Shown here: positions 29,029 through 38,014 of the stretch, in pieces | How the letters are laid out: the number at the start of each line of letters is the position of its first letter | Numbering within the stretch: the stretch's first letter is position 1 | Assembly (NCBI GenBank): GCA_965238005.1 | Contig: OZ250165.1 | Span: 3,616,001-3,680,000 of the forward strand | Source: Longimicrobiales bacterium | Lineage (GTDB): Bacteria > Gemmatimonadota > Gemmatimonadetes > Longimicrobiales > Gaopeijiaceae | Direction: 5' to 3' | DNA: 64,000 bases | Notes under the pieces: model-generated | Databases searched by the model: none | Seen by the model: only the letters and a program-made list of their open reading frames with translations | What the model was told of the DNA's origin: nothing | Position numbers and translations under genes: made by a program

Positions 29029-29800
29029 CTACGACTCGGGGCCGTGCAAGGCAGGGGAGTGGTCACTGGCCACCAGATCGAGGACGCCATCGTCCAGAGC
29101 CTGCCACAACGCTTCTCGGTGTCGGGCCTCCCGGATGGGAGGTGCGCACTTGAAGTTGGTGGCCCCGTCGGGCACCTCCTCGGCCGCGAATGTGAGGTAG
29201 TGGGGACACGTCTCGGCGGTCACCGGGAGTCCGCGGCCGCGGGCCTCGGCGAGCACGTCGGCCGTCTCAGCCGCCGATACGTGGACCACGTGCACCGCCG
29301 CGCTCGTCTCCGCGGAGAGCCGTACGAGGGCGGCAACGGCCTGTGTCTCCGCACTTGTAGCCCAGCACCCCGGCGTCCCGGAGCGGCGCGAGCTGGTCCC
29401 GATTGGCTGGCACGACGCCGCCCCAGACCCCGTAGTCCACCCAGCAGCGCCCCTCAGCGGCAGCCGTCTTGGCCTTCAGCGCGGCTGGCCTGGTGGTGAC
29501 CGGGCTGCTGTTGAGCGGCATGTCCCCCAGGGTCGTGATGCCGCCTGCCGCCGCCGCTTTGGTAGCCGTTTCGAAGCCTTCCCAGTTGGCGCGTCCCGGG
29601 TCATTGACGTGAACGTGTGAGTCCACCAGGCCGGGCATGACCATGGCGTCGCCTGGGTCCAGGTGGGGCGCGTCCGGGGTCGGAGTGCTCGGGGGCTCGA
29701 CCGCCACGACGACCCCGCCGGAAACCACGACGGATCCCGGGCGGACCCCCTCGGGTGTGACCACCCGGGAGCTGGAGACGATCAGGTCGGGCGCTTTCAT
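29029..29800 (-). pseudogene. allB: Allantoinase remnant (internal deletion and 3' truncation)
   Basis: PGLVDSHVHVNDPG, WEGFETATKAAAAGG and GYKC, then a frame switch to VHVVHVS, ETCPHYL, FKCAPPIR and SDHSP, then a stop. Confidence 0.82.
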
Positions 29801-29871
29801 CGAAGCGAACGATGTGCCGAGGGCGGCGGAGCAGCTATAGATTCCAACAGACCCCTCCCACTCGAGAGGCC

Positions 29872-30444
29872 ATGAGCAACCCCCCTGAAGTGCGCATCGG
29901 CGTGCCGGATTGGACCCGCGAGATCGTCGACTGGGACCGGCGATACGCGTCGGACGAAGACAAGATGAGGCTCGTCATCGACCTGTCCCGCGAGAACATC
30001 CTCCGGGGCACCGGGGGGCCCTTTGGGGCCGCCGTGTTCGAGCGGGAGAGCGGAAGACTGGTCTCCGTGGGCGTGAACCAGGTCGTGCCCCTGAACAACT
30101 CCGTGCTCCACGCCGAGATCGTCGCCTTCATGCTGGCCGAGGCGGCCCTGGGCTCGTTCACCCTCGGAGAGGAGGGTATGCCGGCCCACGAGCTGGTCTC
30201 CTCGTGCGACCCCTGCGCCATGTGCTTCGCCGCCATTCTCTGGGCCGGCGTCGAGCGGGTCGTCACCGGTGCCAGCCACAAGGACGCGAAGCGGCTTTCG
30301 TTCGACGAGGGGCCCGTATTCACGCGCTCACACGAGTACATGGAAGAGCGGGGGATCGAGTTCGTGCGTGGCGTGATGCGGGCCGAGGCCCACCAGGTTT
30401 TGGAGGAGTACGGACAGCGCGGTGGGTTGGTGTACAACGGATAG
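29872..30444 (+). CDS. Nucleoside/guanine deaminase (cytidine deaminase-like)
   Basis: GGPFGAAV, HAE, PCAMC and FDEG motifs. Confidence 0.88.
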   Translation: MSNPPEVRIGVPDWTREIVDWDRRYASDEDKMRLVIDLSRENILRGTGGPFGAAVFERESGRLVSVGVNQVVPLNNSVLHAEIVAFMLAEAALGSFTLGEEGMPAHELVSSCDPCAMCFAAILWAGVERVVTGASHKDAKRLSFDEGPVFTRSHEYMEERGIEFVRGVMRAEAHQVLEEYGQRGGLVYNG

Positions 30445-30746
30445 GAAGGCCGGCACTCCCGACACGGAGCCCAGTGACCCAATACGTACGATCTGACTTA
30501 AAAGATACGTACGCCAGGCGGGTCTAGCCCCCCGCCCTGGGGTTCGTCAGACGTCGCCTGGCCATGGCGTGCGCGACGGCCTCCTCCTGCCGCAGCCTCG
30601 TTCTGACACCTCGGAAGGCCGAGCCCTCGAAGGTCCCGATCATCACGCGGCTCAGCGCACGAGCGAAGGCTCCTTCCCGACCGCCCATCCGGCACCTAGC
30701 TTCGCGGCCAAGTTTCCGAAGTCGGGCTAGCTGCTGAGGAGCGCCC

Positions 30747-32321
30747 TTGTCACTCCAGCCGAAGGAACGGTGGGCCACCCGAATCGGCCTCGTCCTGGCC
30801 ATGGCCGGGAACGCCGTCGGGCTGGGCAACTTCCTCCGCTTCCCGGTCCAGGCGGCCCAAAACGGAGGCGGGACGTTCATGATCCCGTACTTCATCTCGT
30901 TCCTGATCCTCGGTATCCCGCTCATGTGGATGGAATGGACCATCGGCCGCTTCGGAGGTCGCCAGGGTCACGGCACCGTTCCCGGCATGTTCGACCTGAT
31001 GACCGACGGGAAGCGCTCCTGGGCCAAGTATGTGGGTGTGATCGGCGTGGTGATGCCCCTCCTCATCTTCATCTACTACACGTACGTGGTGTCGTGGATG
31101 TTGGGCTTCAGTTTCTTGAGCCTCACGGGTGGGTACTTCGGGTTGGGGGACGTGGGCGGGATGCGGGACTACGTGTACTCGTACCAGGACGTTTTCGAAT
31201 CGTCCGCGCACGGTCCCTGGATCACCATCCTCTTCTTCATGGTCACGCTGGCCTTCCTCGCAGCCGTGCTCCGGCGGGGTGTGAGTCGAGGCATCGAGAA
31301 GCTGGCGCTGATCGGCATGCCGATCCTGTTTCTCTTCGCCATCGTCCTCCTGATCCGGGTCCTCACGTTGCCGCGGGCCATGGCCTCGCCCATCGACGGG
31401 CTCAACTTCATCTGGAACCCGGACTGGGCCGGCCTCCTCAACGCGCGAGTCTGGCTGGCGGCGGCCGGGCAGATGTTCTTCACCCTCTCCCTGGGCGTCG
31501 GAACGATTCACACGTATGCGTCGTTCCTGAGGAAGGAGGACGACATCACGCTGGCCGGCCTGTCCACGGCCACCACGAACGAATTCGCGGAAGTGGTCCT
31601 GGGCGGGACAATCGCGATCCCCGCCGCCATCGTCTTCTTCGGAATGGACGAGACCCTCGCCATTGCCCGCGACGGGACGTACGACCTGGCCATAGTAGCC
31701 ATGGGCAGCGTCTTCCCCGTGCTGCCCGGGCCGCAGCTCACGTCACAGCTCTTCGGACTACTATGGTTCGCGCTGCTCTTCATCGCAGGCATCACCTCGA
31801 GCGTGGCGCTGGCCAGCCCGGCCATCGCATTCCTTCGGGACGAGTTCCAGATGAGCCGCGACCGGGCGGTCGGTATCGTCATGGCGATCGCCGCCGCCGT
31901 CGGCCTCCTCCACGTCGCGTTCTACACGCGGGGCTTTCTGGCCGAGTGGGACTACTGGATCGGAACCTTCGGCCTCGTATTGTTCGCCACCATCGAGGTA
32001 TTGCTGTTCTCATACTTCTTTGGGGTCGACCGGGGGTGGAAGGAGATGCACGAGGGAGCCGAGCTCCGGGTGCCGAGCATCTACCGGCCCATCGTGAAGT
32101 GGGTCATGCCTCTCTTCCTGGTCGTTCTCCTCGCCTGGTGGAGCGTGACCGAGGCCGTACCCACTCTGTTGATGAAGACCGTGACCGACCCGGAGACCAT
32201 CCCCGTCCGCTGGGCGAGTCGCGCCGTGATGGTGGCCGTCCTGATCCTGGGCCTCTACCTGGTGAATCGCGCCTGGCGGAACCGGCCAGCCGTCAGTACG
32301 CCCGAGCTGGCCCCGTCATGA
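30747..32321 (+). CDS. Sodium-dependent transporter (NSS/SNF family)
   Basis: AGNAVGLGNFLRFP, NGGG.F.IPY, QMFFTLSLG; about 12 TM segments. Confidence 0.92.
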   Translation: MSLQPKERWATRIGLVLAMAGNAVGLGNFLRFPVQAAQNGGGTFMIPYFISFLILGIPLMWMEWTIGRFGGRQGHGTVPGMFDLMTDGKRSWAKYVGVIGVVMPLLIFIYYTYVVSWMLGFSFLSLTGGYFGLGDVGGMRDYVYSYQDVFESSAHGPWITILFFMVTLAFLAAVLRRGVSRGIEKLALIGMPILFLFAIVLLIRVLTLPRAMASPIDGLNFIWNPDWAGLLNARVWLAAAGQMFFTLSLGVGTIHTYASFLRKEDDITLAGLSTATTNEFAEVVLGGTIAIPAAIVFFGMDETLAIARDGTYDLAIVAMGSVFPVLPGPQLTSQLFGLLWFALLFIAGITSSVALASPAIAFLRDEFQMSRDRAVGIVMAIAAAVGLLHVAFYTRGFLAEWDYWIGTFGLVLFATIEVLLFSYFFGVDRGWKEMHEGAELRVPSIYRPIVKWVMPLFLVVLLAWWSVTEAVPTLLMKTVTDPETIPVRWASRAVMVAVLILGLYLVNRAWRNRPAVSTPELAPS

Positions 32322-32461
32322 CGCCTCTCGCCCTCACCCTGATGATCTCGAGCATGGGCCTCGTCACGGCTCTCGAGATCTACTGCATCTGGCGCTTGCT
32401 CTCTCCGAAGCAAGGAAAGATCTCCGGCGATGTCCCCGACGCGGACGAGGACGCCGGATAG
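32318..32461 (+). CDS. Small single-TM protein, possible MetS-like NSS transporter subunit
   Basis: ATGA overlap with the transporter stop; 47 aa, MTPLALTLMISSMGLVTALEIYCIWRLL then an acidic tail. Confidence 0.65.
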   Translation: MTPLALTLMISSMGLVTALEIYCIWRLLSPKQGKISGDVPDADEDAG

Positions 32462-32489
32462 GCCGCCTCAGCACGCAACGCGCCTGAAC

Positions 32490-32668
32490 CGCCGGCCCGG
32501 CACCGCCAATCGGGGAACGTCGGTGGCCAGCGAGTGGTTCCACACCAGCACCAACTCCTCGGGACTCGAATAAGGCAGAGGGCGGAAGAGGACCGCATTG
32601 GCGATGCTGAAGATCGCCACGTTGCTGCCGATCCCGAGCCCGAGAGTGAGCAGGATGGCCGCGGTGAA
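32490..32668 (-). pseudogene. ADOP-type ABC permease N-terminal remnant
   Basis: [43 protein letters not shown], preceded by an in-frame stop and quickly degenerating. Confidence 0.75.
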
Positions 32669-32724
32669 TCAGAGGGCCGACAAAGTCGCCCCTCTTACTA
32701 GTCTAGGCGACTGACGAACACATC

Positions 32725-33222
32725 ATGACACCGAATACATCCCGAAGATTGAACACTACATCTACTGATCGCAAATCACGATCCCTGAGTTCGGGGGGCC
32801 CAGCCTACGTTGCCGCCGTGGCTCTTCTCCTCTCCTCCTGCTCAGCCGACACCGCCGGCGATACAGGGGGCGACTCGCCGGAGCCGGCGGCGGCAGAGGC
32901 TCCCGAGACGCGCCGGAGCCGAGTCGACACGGTCCGGGTGACCCTCGACGAGTACTCAGTCGGCATGCCGCCGGTGCTCCCGGCGGGACCGACCGTGTTC
33001 AGGTTGGAGAGCAGGGGCTTCGAGGAGCACAACCTCCTGTTCGTGCTGAAGGACGCCGACTCGGTGGTGTGGGAGAGCGAGGGCAGGCTGAGCCCCTACG
33101 AGACTCGGGTGGTGACCGTTGATCTCGTGCCGGGAGCCTACACGGTAGTGTGCGACTTCTCGGGCCACGAGGGCCGGGGGATGTTCACCGACCTGTTGGT
33201 GGAGCCGGACTCGATATCCTAG
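32725..33222 (+). CDS. Cupredoxin (blue copper) lipoprotein
   Basis: Lipobox LLSSC; type-1 Cu ligands HNL...CDFSGH..GM. Confidence 0.75.
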   Translation: MTPNTSRRLNTTSTDRKSRSLSSGGPAYVAAVALLLSSCSADTAGDTGGDSPEPAAAEAPETRRSRVDTVRVTLDEYSVGMPPVLPAGPTVFRLESRGFEEHNLLFVLKDADSVVWESEGRLSPYETRVVTVDLVPGAYTVVCDFSGHEGRGMFTDLLVEPDSIS

Positions 33223-33297
33223 CGGCTAGTGCGGTGATCCGGCGCCTCGGCACTCTCGGTGGCTCGCGCGGCCGCACGCCACTTCTTCATCAGGCCA

Positions 33298-34023
33298 CTA
33301 GTAGCGCGTTACCGTACAGCCTCCCGAAACCGAGGCTTGAACCACCGGGTCGCCCTTGTATCGGATCCGGGATGCACCGCTCGCGGTCGCATCGAGCTCC
33401 TCCGAGACCCATACGACGGCCGATGAGACTCCCGAGGCGGTGATCATGGTGAGTGACGTCTCGAGGTCGCCGGCCAAATACGTCGAGACGCCGGAGACCT
33501 GCGCGTCGTGACCGAAGGCCCAGCCCGCGGTTCGAAAACTGCTGACGCCAGAGACGCCCACGGAGAGGAAGTCGGTGTCGATGGCGAGCGCCTCACCCTG
33601 CATCACCCCGGAAATCGCGATCCGATTCAGCCGCCGGTAACCTACCGTGTACACGATCTCGGTGATCTCGCGGAAGGTGATGTCGGAGTCGGGTCCGAGG
33701 AAGAGCGTGCCGTCTCGAACCACGGTCCCCAGAAGGGGGAGCACGTTGTCATCGGCACGCACCTCGACGAACTCGGAGTCGGACGGCTGGAGAATGAGGC
33801 GCCCTAGGCCGGAGGCGCTCACGCGCGAGAAGGGTGAGACGGTCCTGGTTTCCGTGACCACGTGGCCCGAGCCATTGATTCGGACGCGATCGTCATCGAC
33901 ATCCAGATCCAGATCCAGGATGCACGCAGAGGGGACCGTCGACGCCAACCACACCACACAGTGGATCATCCACCGCTTGAACCCCGCCGGAGCAAATGCC
34001 CCCCCGATCACGCTCTGTCTCAT
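33298..34023 (-). CDS. DUF2807 / head GIN domain protein
   Basis: GSGHVVTETR, ADDNVL, repeated SGVS and ASGASRIRYKGDP. Confidence 0.82.
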   Translation of the reverse strand: MRQSVIGGAFAPAGFKRWMIHCVVWLASTVPSACILDLDLDVDDDRVRINGSGHVVTETRTVSPFSRVSASGLGRLILQPSDSEFVEVRADDNVLPLLGTVVRDGTLFLGPDSDITFREITEIVYTVGYRRLNRIAISGVMQGEALAIDTDFLSVGVSGVSSFRTAGWAFGHDAQVSGVSTYLAGDLETSLTMITASGVSSAVVWVSEELDATASGASRIRYKGDPVVQASVSGGCTVTRY

Positions 34024-34133
34024 CGTCGTCCCCCTCCACGGCCACTCTCGAGTGCAGGCTCTCTCAGCCCATCTACTCTATTCAACGAGCGAGTTCGGCC
34101 CATCTACTTACTGATCCGCTGCCCTCGGCCGCC

Positions 34134-35177
34134 CTACCTTCGAACCAGCGTGACGTCCCGGATCAGCTCCCGCACCCGGCTGGTCTCGCCTGCAGCTTCG
34201 ATGGCCTGCCACAGATGCTCCACCATCTGTCCGTCGACGAGTCCCGCCGTGCGCGTCGCCAGGCCCTCCGCCTCTCGGAACGCATCGACCGCCTCCACGA
34301 GATCGGCCGTGTAGCTCTGCGACGGGCCGTCCCGTGGGATTTCGGCGGCTTCGGGACGGTAATATCCCGCCGCGTGGAGCATCACCCGGAGCTGCCAGAC
34401 GTCGTTACCTGCGAACCGTCGGAGCTCCCGATAGCCCAAGGTCTGCGAGATTGAGTTCCAGATCCTGCGGAGCTCGGCGACGGGTGTGAGGTGCTCGCAG
34501 ACGTTGATGTCTGTGGTGACCTGGTCGGGCCGCCGGGAGTTCCCGGGACGCGGGTCCGCCACTACCACAGCCGCCGACTGCAGACGACCGGCGCGGCTGT
34601 CGCCCCCCAGAGCCTGGCCGGCGGCCAACGCCTCGATGAGCCGATCCGACAGATGGCGGCCCGTGCCCTCAGTGGCCTCGAAGCTGGCGGCGACCGCGTC
34701 CACCACCTCTGGGCCCACCAGGATGTTTCCCTGGGTCACGTAGTTGGGACCATCACGGTGCCCCGCCCAATAACTGGGACCGGTCCCGGTGTGTTGGGCC
34801 CGTGACCCGTCCAGGGAGATCACGCCCACCTGCCGCCGAGCGGACCCGGTATCGGCCGCCACCGCCTGGGCCAGTGCCGCGTCGGCGCTCATCCCATCCG
34901 CGATGAGATCCAGGAGCTCGTTGCCGTAGGCGACACGGGTGCTGGCCTGGGTCGCAACGGCACCGACACCCGCGCGGACCCAGGGTACGCCGTTCCCCAC
35001 ACAAGGAACTCGTGTCGTGACCGCGACGCCCGACTCCCCGGTTTCCGGATCGATTGCGGCGATGGAGAAGGTGGAGAAGTAGAGGTCGGGCCCCCATTCC
35101 ACGGGCTCCTGGGCAGCGGCGGCGCTAGCCAAAACGAGAACGGTGATCAAAGCCGAGAAAGACGAGCGCTGGAGCAT
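34134..35177 (-). CDS. DUF1028 Ntn-hydrolase-like exported protein with a C-terminal PG-binding-like region
   Basis: STFSIAAIDPETGE.GVAV, GVGAVATQA, QGNIL, AGQ..GGDSR..LQSAA. Confidence 0.85.
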   Translation of the reverse strand: MLQRSSFSALITVLVLASAAAAQEPVEWGPDLYFSTFSIAAIDPETGESGVAVTTRVPCVGNGVPWVRAGVGAVATQASTRVAYGNELLDLIADGMSADAALAQAVAADTGSARRQVGVISLDGSRAQHTGTGPSYWAGHRDGPNYVTQGNILVGPEVVDAVAASFEATEGTGRHLSDRLIEALAAGQALGGDSRAGRLQSAAVVVADPRPGNSRRPDQVTTDINVCEHLTPVAELRRIWNSISQTLGYRELRRFAGNDVWQLRVMLHAAGYYRPEAAEIPRDGPSQSYTADLVEAVDAFREAEGLATRTAGLVDGQMVEHLWQAIEAAGETSRVRELIRDVTLVRR

Positions 35178-35254
35178 GGCATCCCCCGTTGGTTTCCGGC
35201 CCGAGGCGTGGATACGCCGCGCTCGCCGGTCGTCTGCGATAACGGTCTTGAAAC

Positions 35255-35288
35255 ACGGGGAGGCCCCCTTCGCAGGAGACCTCCCCGT
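35255..35288 (-). terminator. Probable intrinsic terminator hairpin downstream of the SmbP-like gene
   Basis: acggggagg...cctccccgt inverted repeat with a GCGA loop on the minus strand, followed by a short T run. Confidence 0.5.
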
Positions 35289-35365
35289 ATCAGCAGCGTT
35301 CCTATCACACTCACGCCTCCGTCCGAACCGTGTGTGACGCGTGCGTGTTCGCCCTCCGGCTGCCG

Positions 35366-35947
35366 CTACATCGTAAAGTGCCTCATGGCCCCCTCTGCCT
35401 GCTCCGTGGCGATGTCGGCGTGCCCCATCCCGGCGTGATTGATGGCGCCCTTGAAACCGTCGATGGCCATCTGGATATGCCGATCGTCCATCACCTTCAG
35501 GGCCGCCTCGGCGTGAGCCAACGCCTGCTCGGCGTGCTCGGCCAGCACTGAGGCGTGACCCATCCCACCGTGTCGGATCGCCTCCTTACCAGCCTGCATC
35601 GCCAAGGCCACGTGGCTGGCGACCTCGAGGTGCGTGAGCGCCTCGTTGGCCTTGCCGGTCGCGATTCCGGCGTGGTCCATGTTGCCGTGATCGATCGCCT
35701 CATTCAGGCTCGCCACGGCCGCCGACGCATGGGGCGTTGTCAACTCCTCCACCGCCAGCTGGGCGTGGGTGAGGGCCAGCTCGGCATGCTGGACGACCAC
35801 GGAGGCATGCCCCATATCGCCATGGCGGATGGCCTCCTTGGTATGCTGTGTGGCTTGTGCGAGGTGGCCGTCCTGCGCCCAGGCCGGCTGGCCCGCAAGA
35901 ACGACCGCCACTCCGGCGAAAAGGCCGGCCTTCAGGATGCGCATCAT
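35366..35947 (-). CDS. His-rich periplasmic metal-binding protein, tandem SmbP-like
   Basis: Signal peptide; four EAI.HG.MGHA-type repeats, i.e. two SmbP-like helical units. Confidence 0.72.
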   Translation of the reverse strand: MMRILKAGLFAGVAVVLAGQPAWAQDGHLAQATQHTKEAIRHGDMGHASVVVQHAELALTHAQLAVEELTTPHASAAVASLNEAIDHGNMDHAGIATGKANEALTHLEVASHVALAMQAGKEAIRHGGMGHASVLAEHAEQALAHAEAALKVMDDRHIQMAIDGFKGAINHAGMGHADIATEQAEGAMRHFTM

Positions 35948-36014
35948 GACTCGCTCCTTGAAACGGGTGGAGGATGAGAAGCTAGGGGACGCAGGCGCCG
36001 GGGTCCAGGGAATC

Positions 36015-37226
36015 CTAGGATTTTCCGCAGAGGGCTGCCCCACTCCGAACGAGATCCTCCACCTGCTCGTCGGTGTAGCCCAGCTCCCCTAGCACCTCCC
36101 GCGTGTGCTCGCCCAGGACCGGGGCACCCCTGCGAACGGATCCGGGCGTCTCCGAGAACTTCACGGGGAACCCCACGGTCCGGACGGATCCGAGCAGTGA
36201 ATGCTCGACCTCCAGAACCATCTCCCGGGCCAGAGTCTGGGGTAGCTCCAACATCTCGCCTACGCTCGCCACCGGTCCGGCCGGGACACCCGCGCCCTCG
36301 AGGAGAGTGAGCCACTCCGCCGTCGTCCGGGCCTTGAAGCGCTCGCCGAGGATGGTGGACAACTCGTCGACATGCTCCATACGGTCTGAGTTCCGCCGGA
36401 AGCGAGGATCCTCGGCGAGCTCGGATAGATCCACCACTTCGACCAGCCGAAGCCAGTTGGTCTGGTTCGAGCCCCCCACTGTGATCCACCCGTCCGACGT
36501 CTCGAAGGCCTGGTAGGGGGCACTCATGGGGTGGGCCGAGCCCAGCGGCCCAGGGGAGTCACCGGTGGCCAGGGCCACGGCTGTCTGCCAGTACGACTGG
36601 GTGATTCCGGCCTCGAAGAGCGAGGTATCCACGCGCTGGCCCCTGCCGGTCTTGAGGCGCTCGATGTAGGCGGCCAAAACGCCCATTGCGGCGAGGATCC
36701 CGGCCGTGATGTCGGTCAGGGGCGGGCCGCACTTCACGGGAGGCCTCCCCTCGCCCTCGCCGGTGACGCTCATGATGCCGCTGTAGCCCTGGGTGATCAG
36801 GTCGAAGCCGCCGAGGTGCGCCATGGGCCCGGTGCGTCCGAACCCCGAGATCTCGCAGTAGATGAGGCCCGGGTTCCTCTCTCTCAGGGCCTCGTACCCG
36901 AGCCCCAACCGCTCCATCGTGCCTCTGCGGTGGTTCTCGATGAGCACGTCCGCACCGTCCACGAGACGGCGAGCGACCTCGAGGCCCCCCTCCGACTTGA
37001 GGTCGAGGGACACGCCCCGCTTGTTGCGGTTCATCATCAGGAACGCCGCCGACTCTCCCTTCAGGTCGGGAGGCATGAACTGTCGCGTGGAATCCCCGCC
37101 CGTGACCGGCTCCACCTTTATGACGTCGGCCCCCATGTCGGCGAGCATGCGTCCACACGTCGGGCCGGCCATGATGTGCGCGAACTCGATGACGCGCAGG
37201 TCGGTAAGGGGTCCCGGGTGACTCAT
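36015..37226 (-). CDS. CaiB/BaiF family III CoA transferase
   Basis: MAGP..G..LADMGADVIKVE, NRNKR, ISGFG.TGP, GFDLITQ, APVLGEHT. Confidence 0.92.
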   Translation of the reverse strand: MSHPGPLTDLRVIEFAHIMAGPTCGRMLADMGADVIKVEPVTGGDSTRQFMPPDLKGESAAFLMMNRNKRGVSLDLKSEGGLEVARRLVDGADVLIENHRRGTMERLGLGYEALRERNPGLIYCEISGFGRTGPMAHLGGFDLITQGYSGIMSVTGEGEGRPPVKCGPPLTDITAGILAAMGVLAAYIERLKTGRGQRVDTSLFEAGITQSYWQTAVALATGDSPGPLGSAHPMSAPYQAFETSDGWITVGGSNQTNWLRLVEVVDLSELAEDPRFRRNSDRMEHVDELSTILGERFKARTTAEWLTLLEGAGVPAGPVASVGEMLELPQTLAREMVLEVEHSLLGSVRTVGFPVKFSETPGSVRRGAPVLGEHTREVLGELGYTDEQVEDLVRSGAALCGKS

Positions 37227-38014
37227 TCCCCTCGGAACCTCGGTGTGCGTCGCTCCAGGAAAGCCTGGACGCCTTCCCGATAGTCATCGGTCTGGAACGC
37301 CTCGTATGCCTCCAGTCGTTCCTCCTCGGTCACGGGCTGCCCGACCGTGAGCCTGCGCACGAACCTCTTGTGCCATCGGTTCACCAGCGGAGCACCGGCC
37401 GCGATGCGCTGGGCCGTGGCCAGTGCCTCCTCCTCCACCGAGTCGTCGGAGACCACACGGTTCACGAGGCCCACCTGGTACGCCCGCTCGGCGTTGAGCA
37501 GGCCACCTTCGAAGAGGATCTCCAGGGTGCCCGAGGCGCCGACCAGCTCCACGAGGGGGCCCAGCTCTCCATAGGACATCGTGAGCCCCAGCCGGTTGAT
37601 GGGTGCGCCGAACCGGCTCGACTCACTGCAGATCCTCAGGTCGCAGGACGCGGCGATCTCGAGCCCGCCGCCGACGCACGCCCCATGGATGAGCGCCAGC
37701 GTCGGGTGGGGACAACTCCGAATGGCGGAGAGGGCGCCTTCCAGCGCCTGGGCGTACTCCTGAACCTGCTCGGGAGTGTTACGCTCGTCCGGAAAGCCGG
37801 TGACGTCAGAGCCCGCGGAGAAGGCTCTGCTGCCGGCGCCCTGGACGACAACACAGTGGACGTCCGGGTCCCGGCCCAGAGTCTCCATGGCAACGGCGAG
37901 AGCCTCCCATCCCTTCCGGTCCAGCACATTCAGCCGGTCCGGACGGCTCAGCGTGACGATGGCCAGGGCATCCACGCGGCGGACCGTCACCCGGTCGGAC
38001 ATTTGGTCGCTCAT
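37223..38014 (-). CDS. Enoyl-CoA hydratase/isomerase
   Basis: AFSAGSD, GACVGGGLEIA..CDLRI, DYREGVQAF; 4-nt overlaps at both ends. Confidence 0.9.
   Translation of the reverse strand: MSDQMSDRVTVRRVDALAIVTLSRPDRLNVLDRKGWEALAVAMETLGRDPDVHCVVVQGAGSRAFSAGSDVTGFPDERNTPEQVQEYAQALEGALSAIRSCPHPTLALIHGACVGGGLEIAASCDLRICSESSRFGAPINRLGLTMSYGELGPLVELVGASGTLEILFEGGLLNAERAYQVGLVNRVVSDDSVEEEALATAQRIAAGAPLVNRWHKRFVRRLTVGQPVTEEERLEAYEAFQTDDYREGVQAFLERRTPRFRGE

Noticed and set aside
30524..30688. 54-aa minus-strand ORF between the deaminase and the NSS transporter
   Set aside because: No motif or convincing RBS; cannot be supported from the sequence alone
30770..32317. 563-aa overlapping ORF in the NSS transporter
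   Set aside because: Off-frame GC-bias artefact; only its last 47 codons look like a real protein
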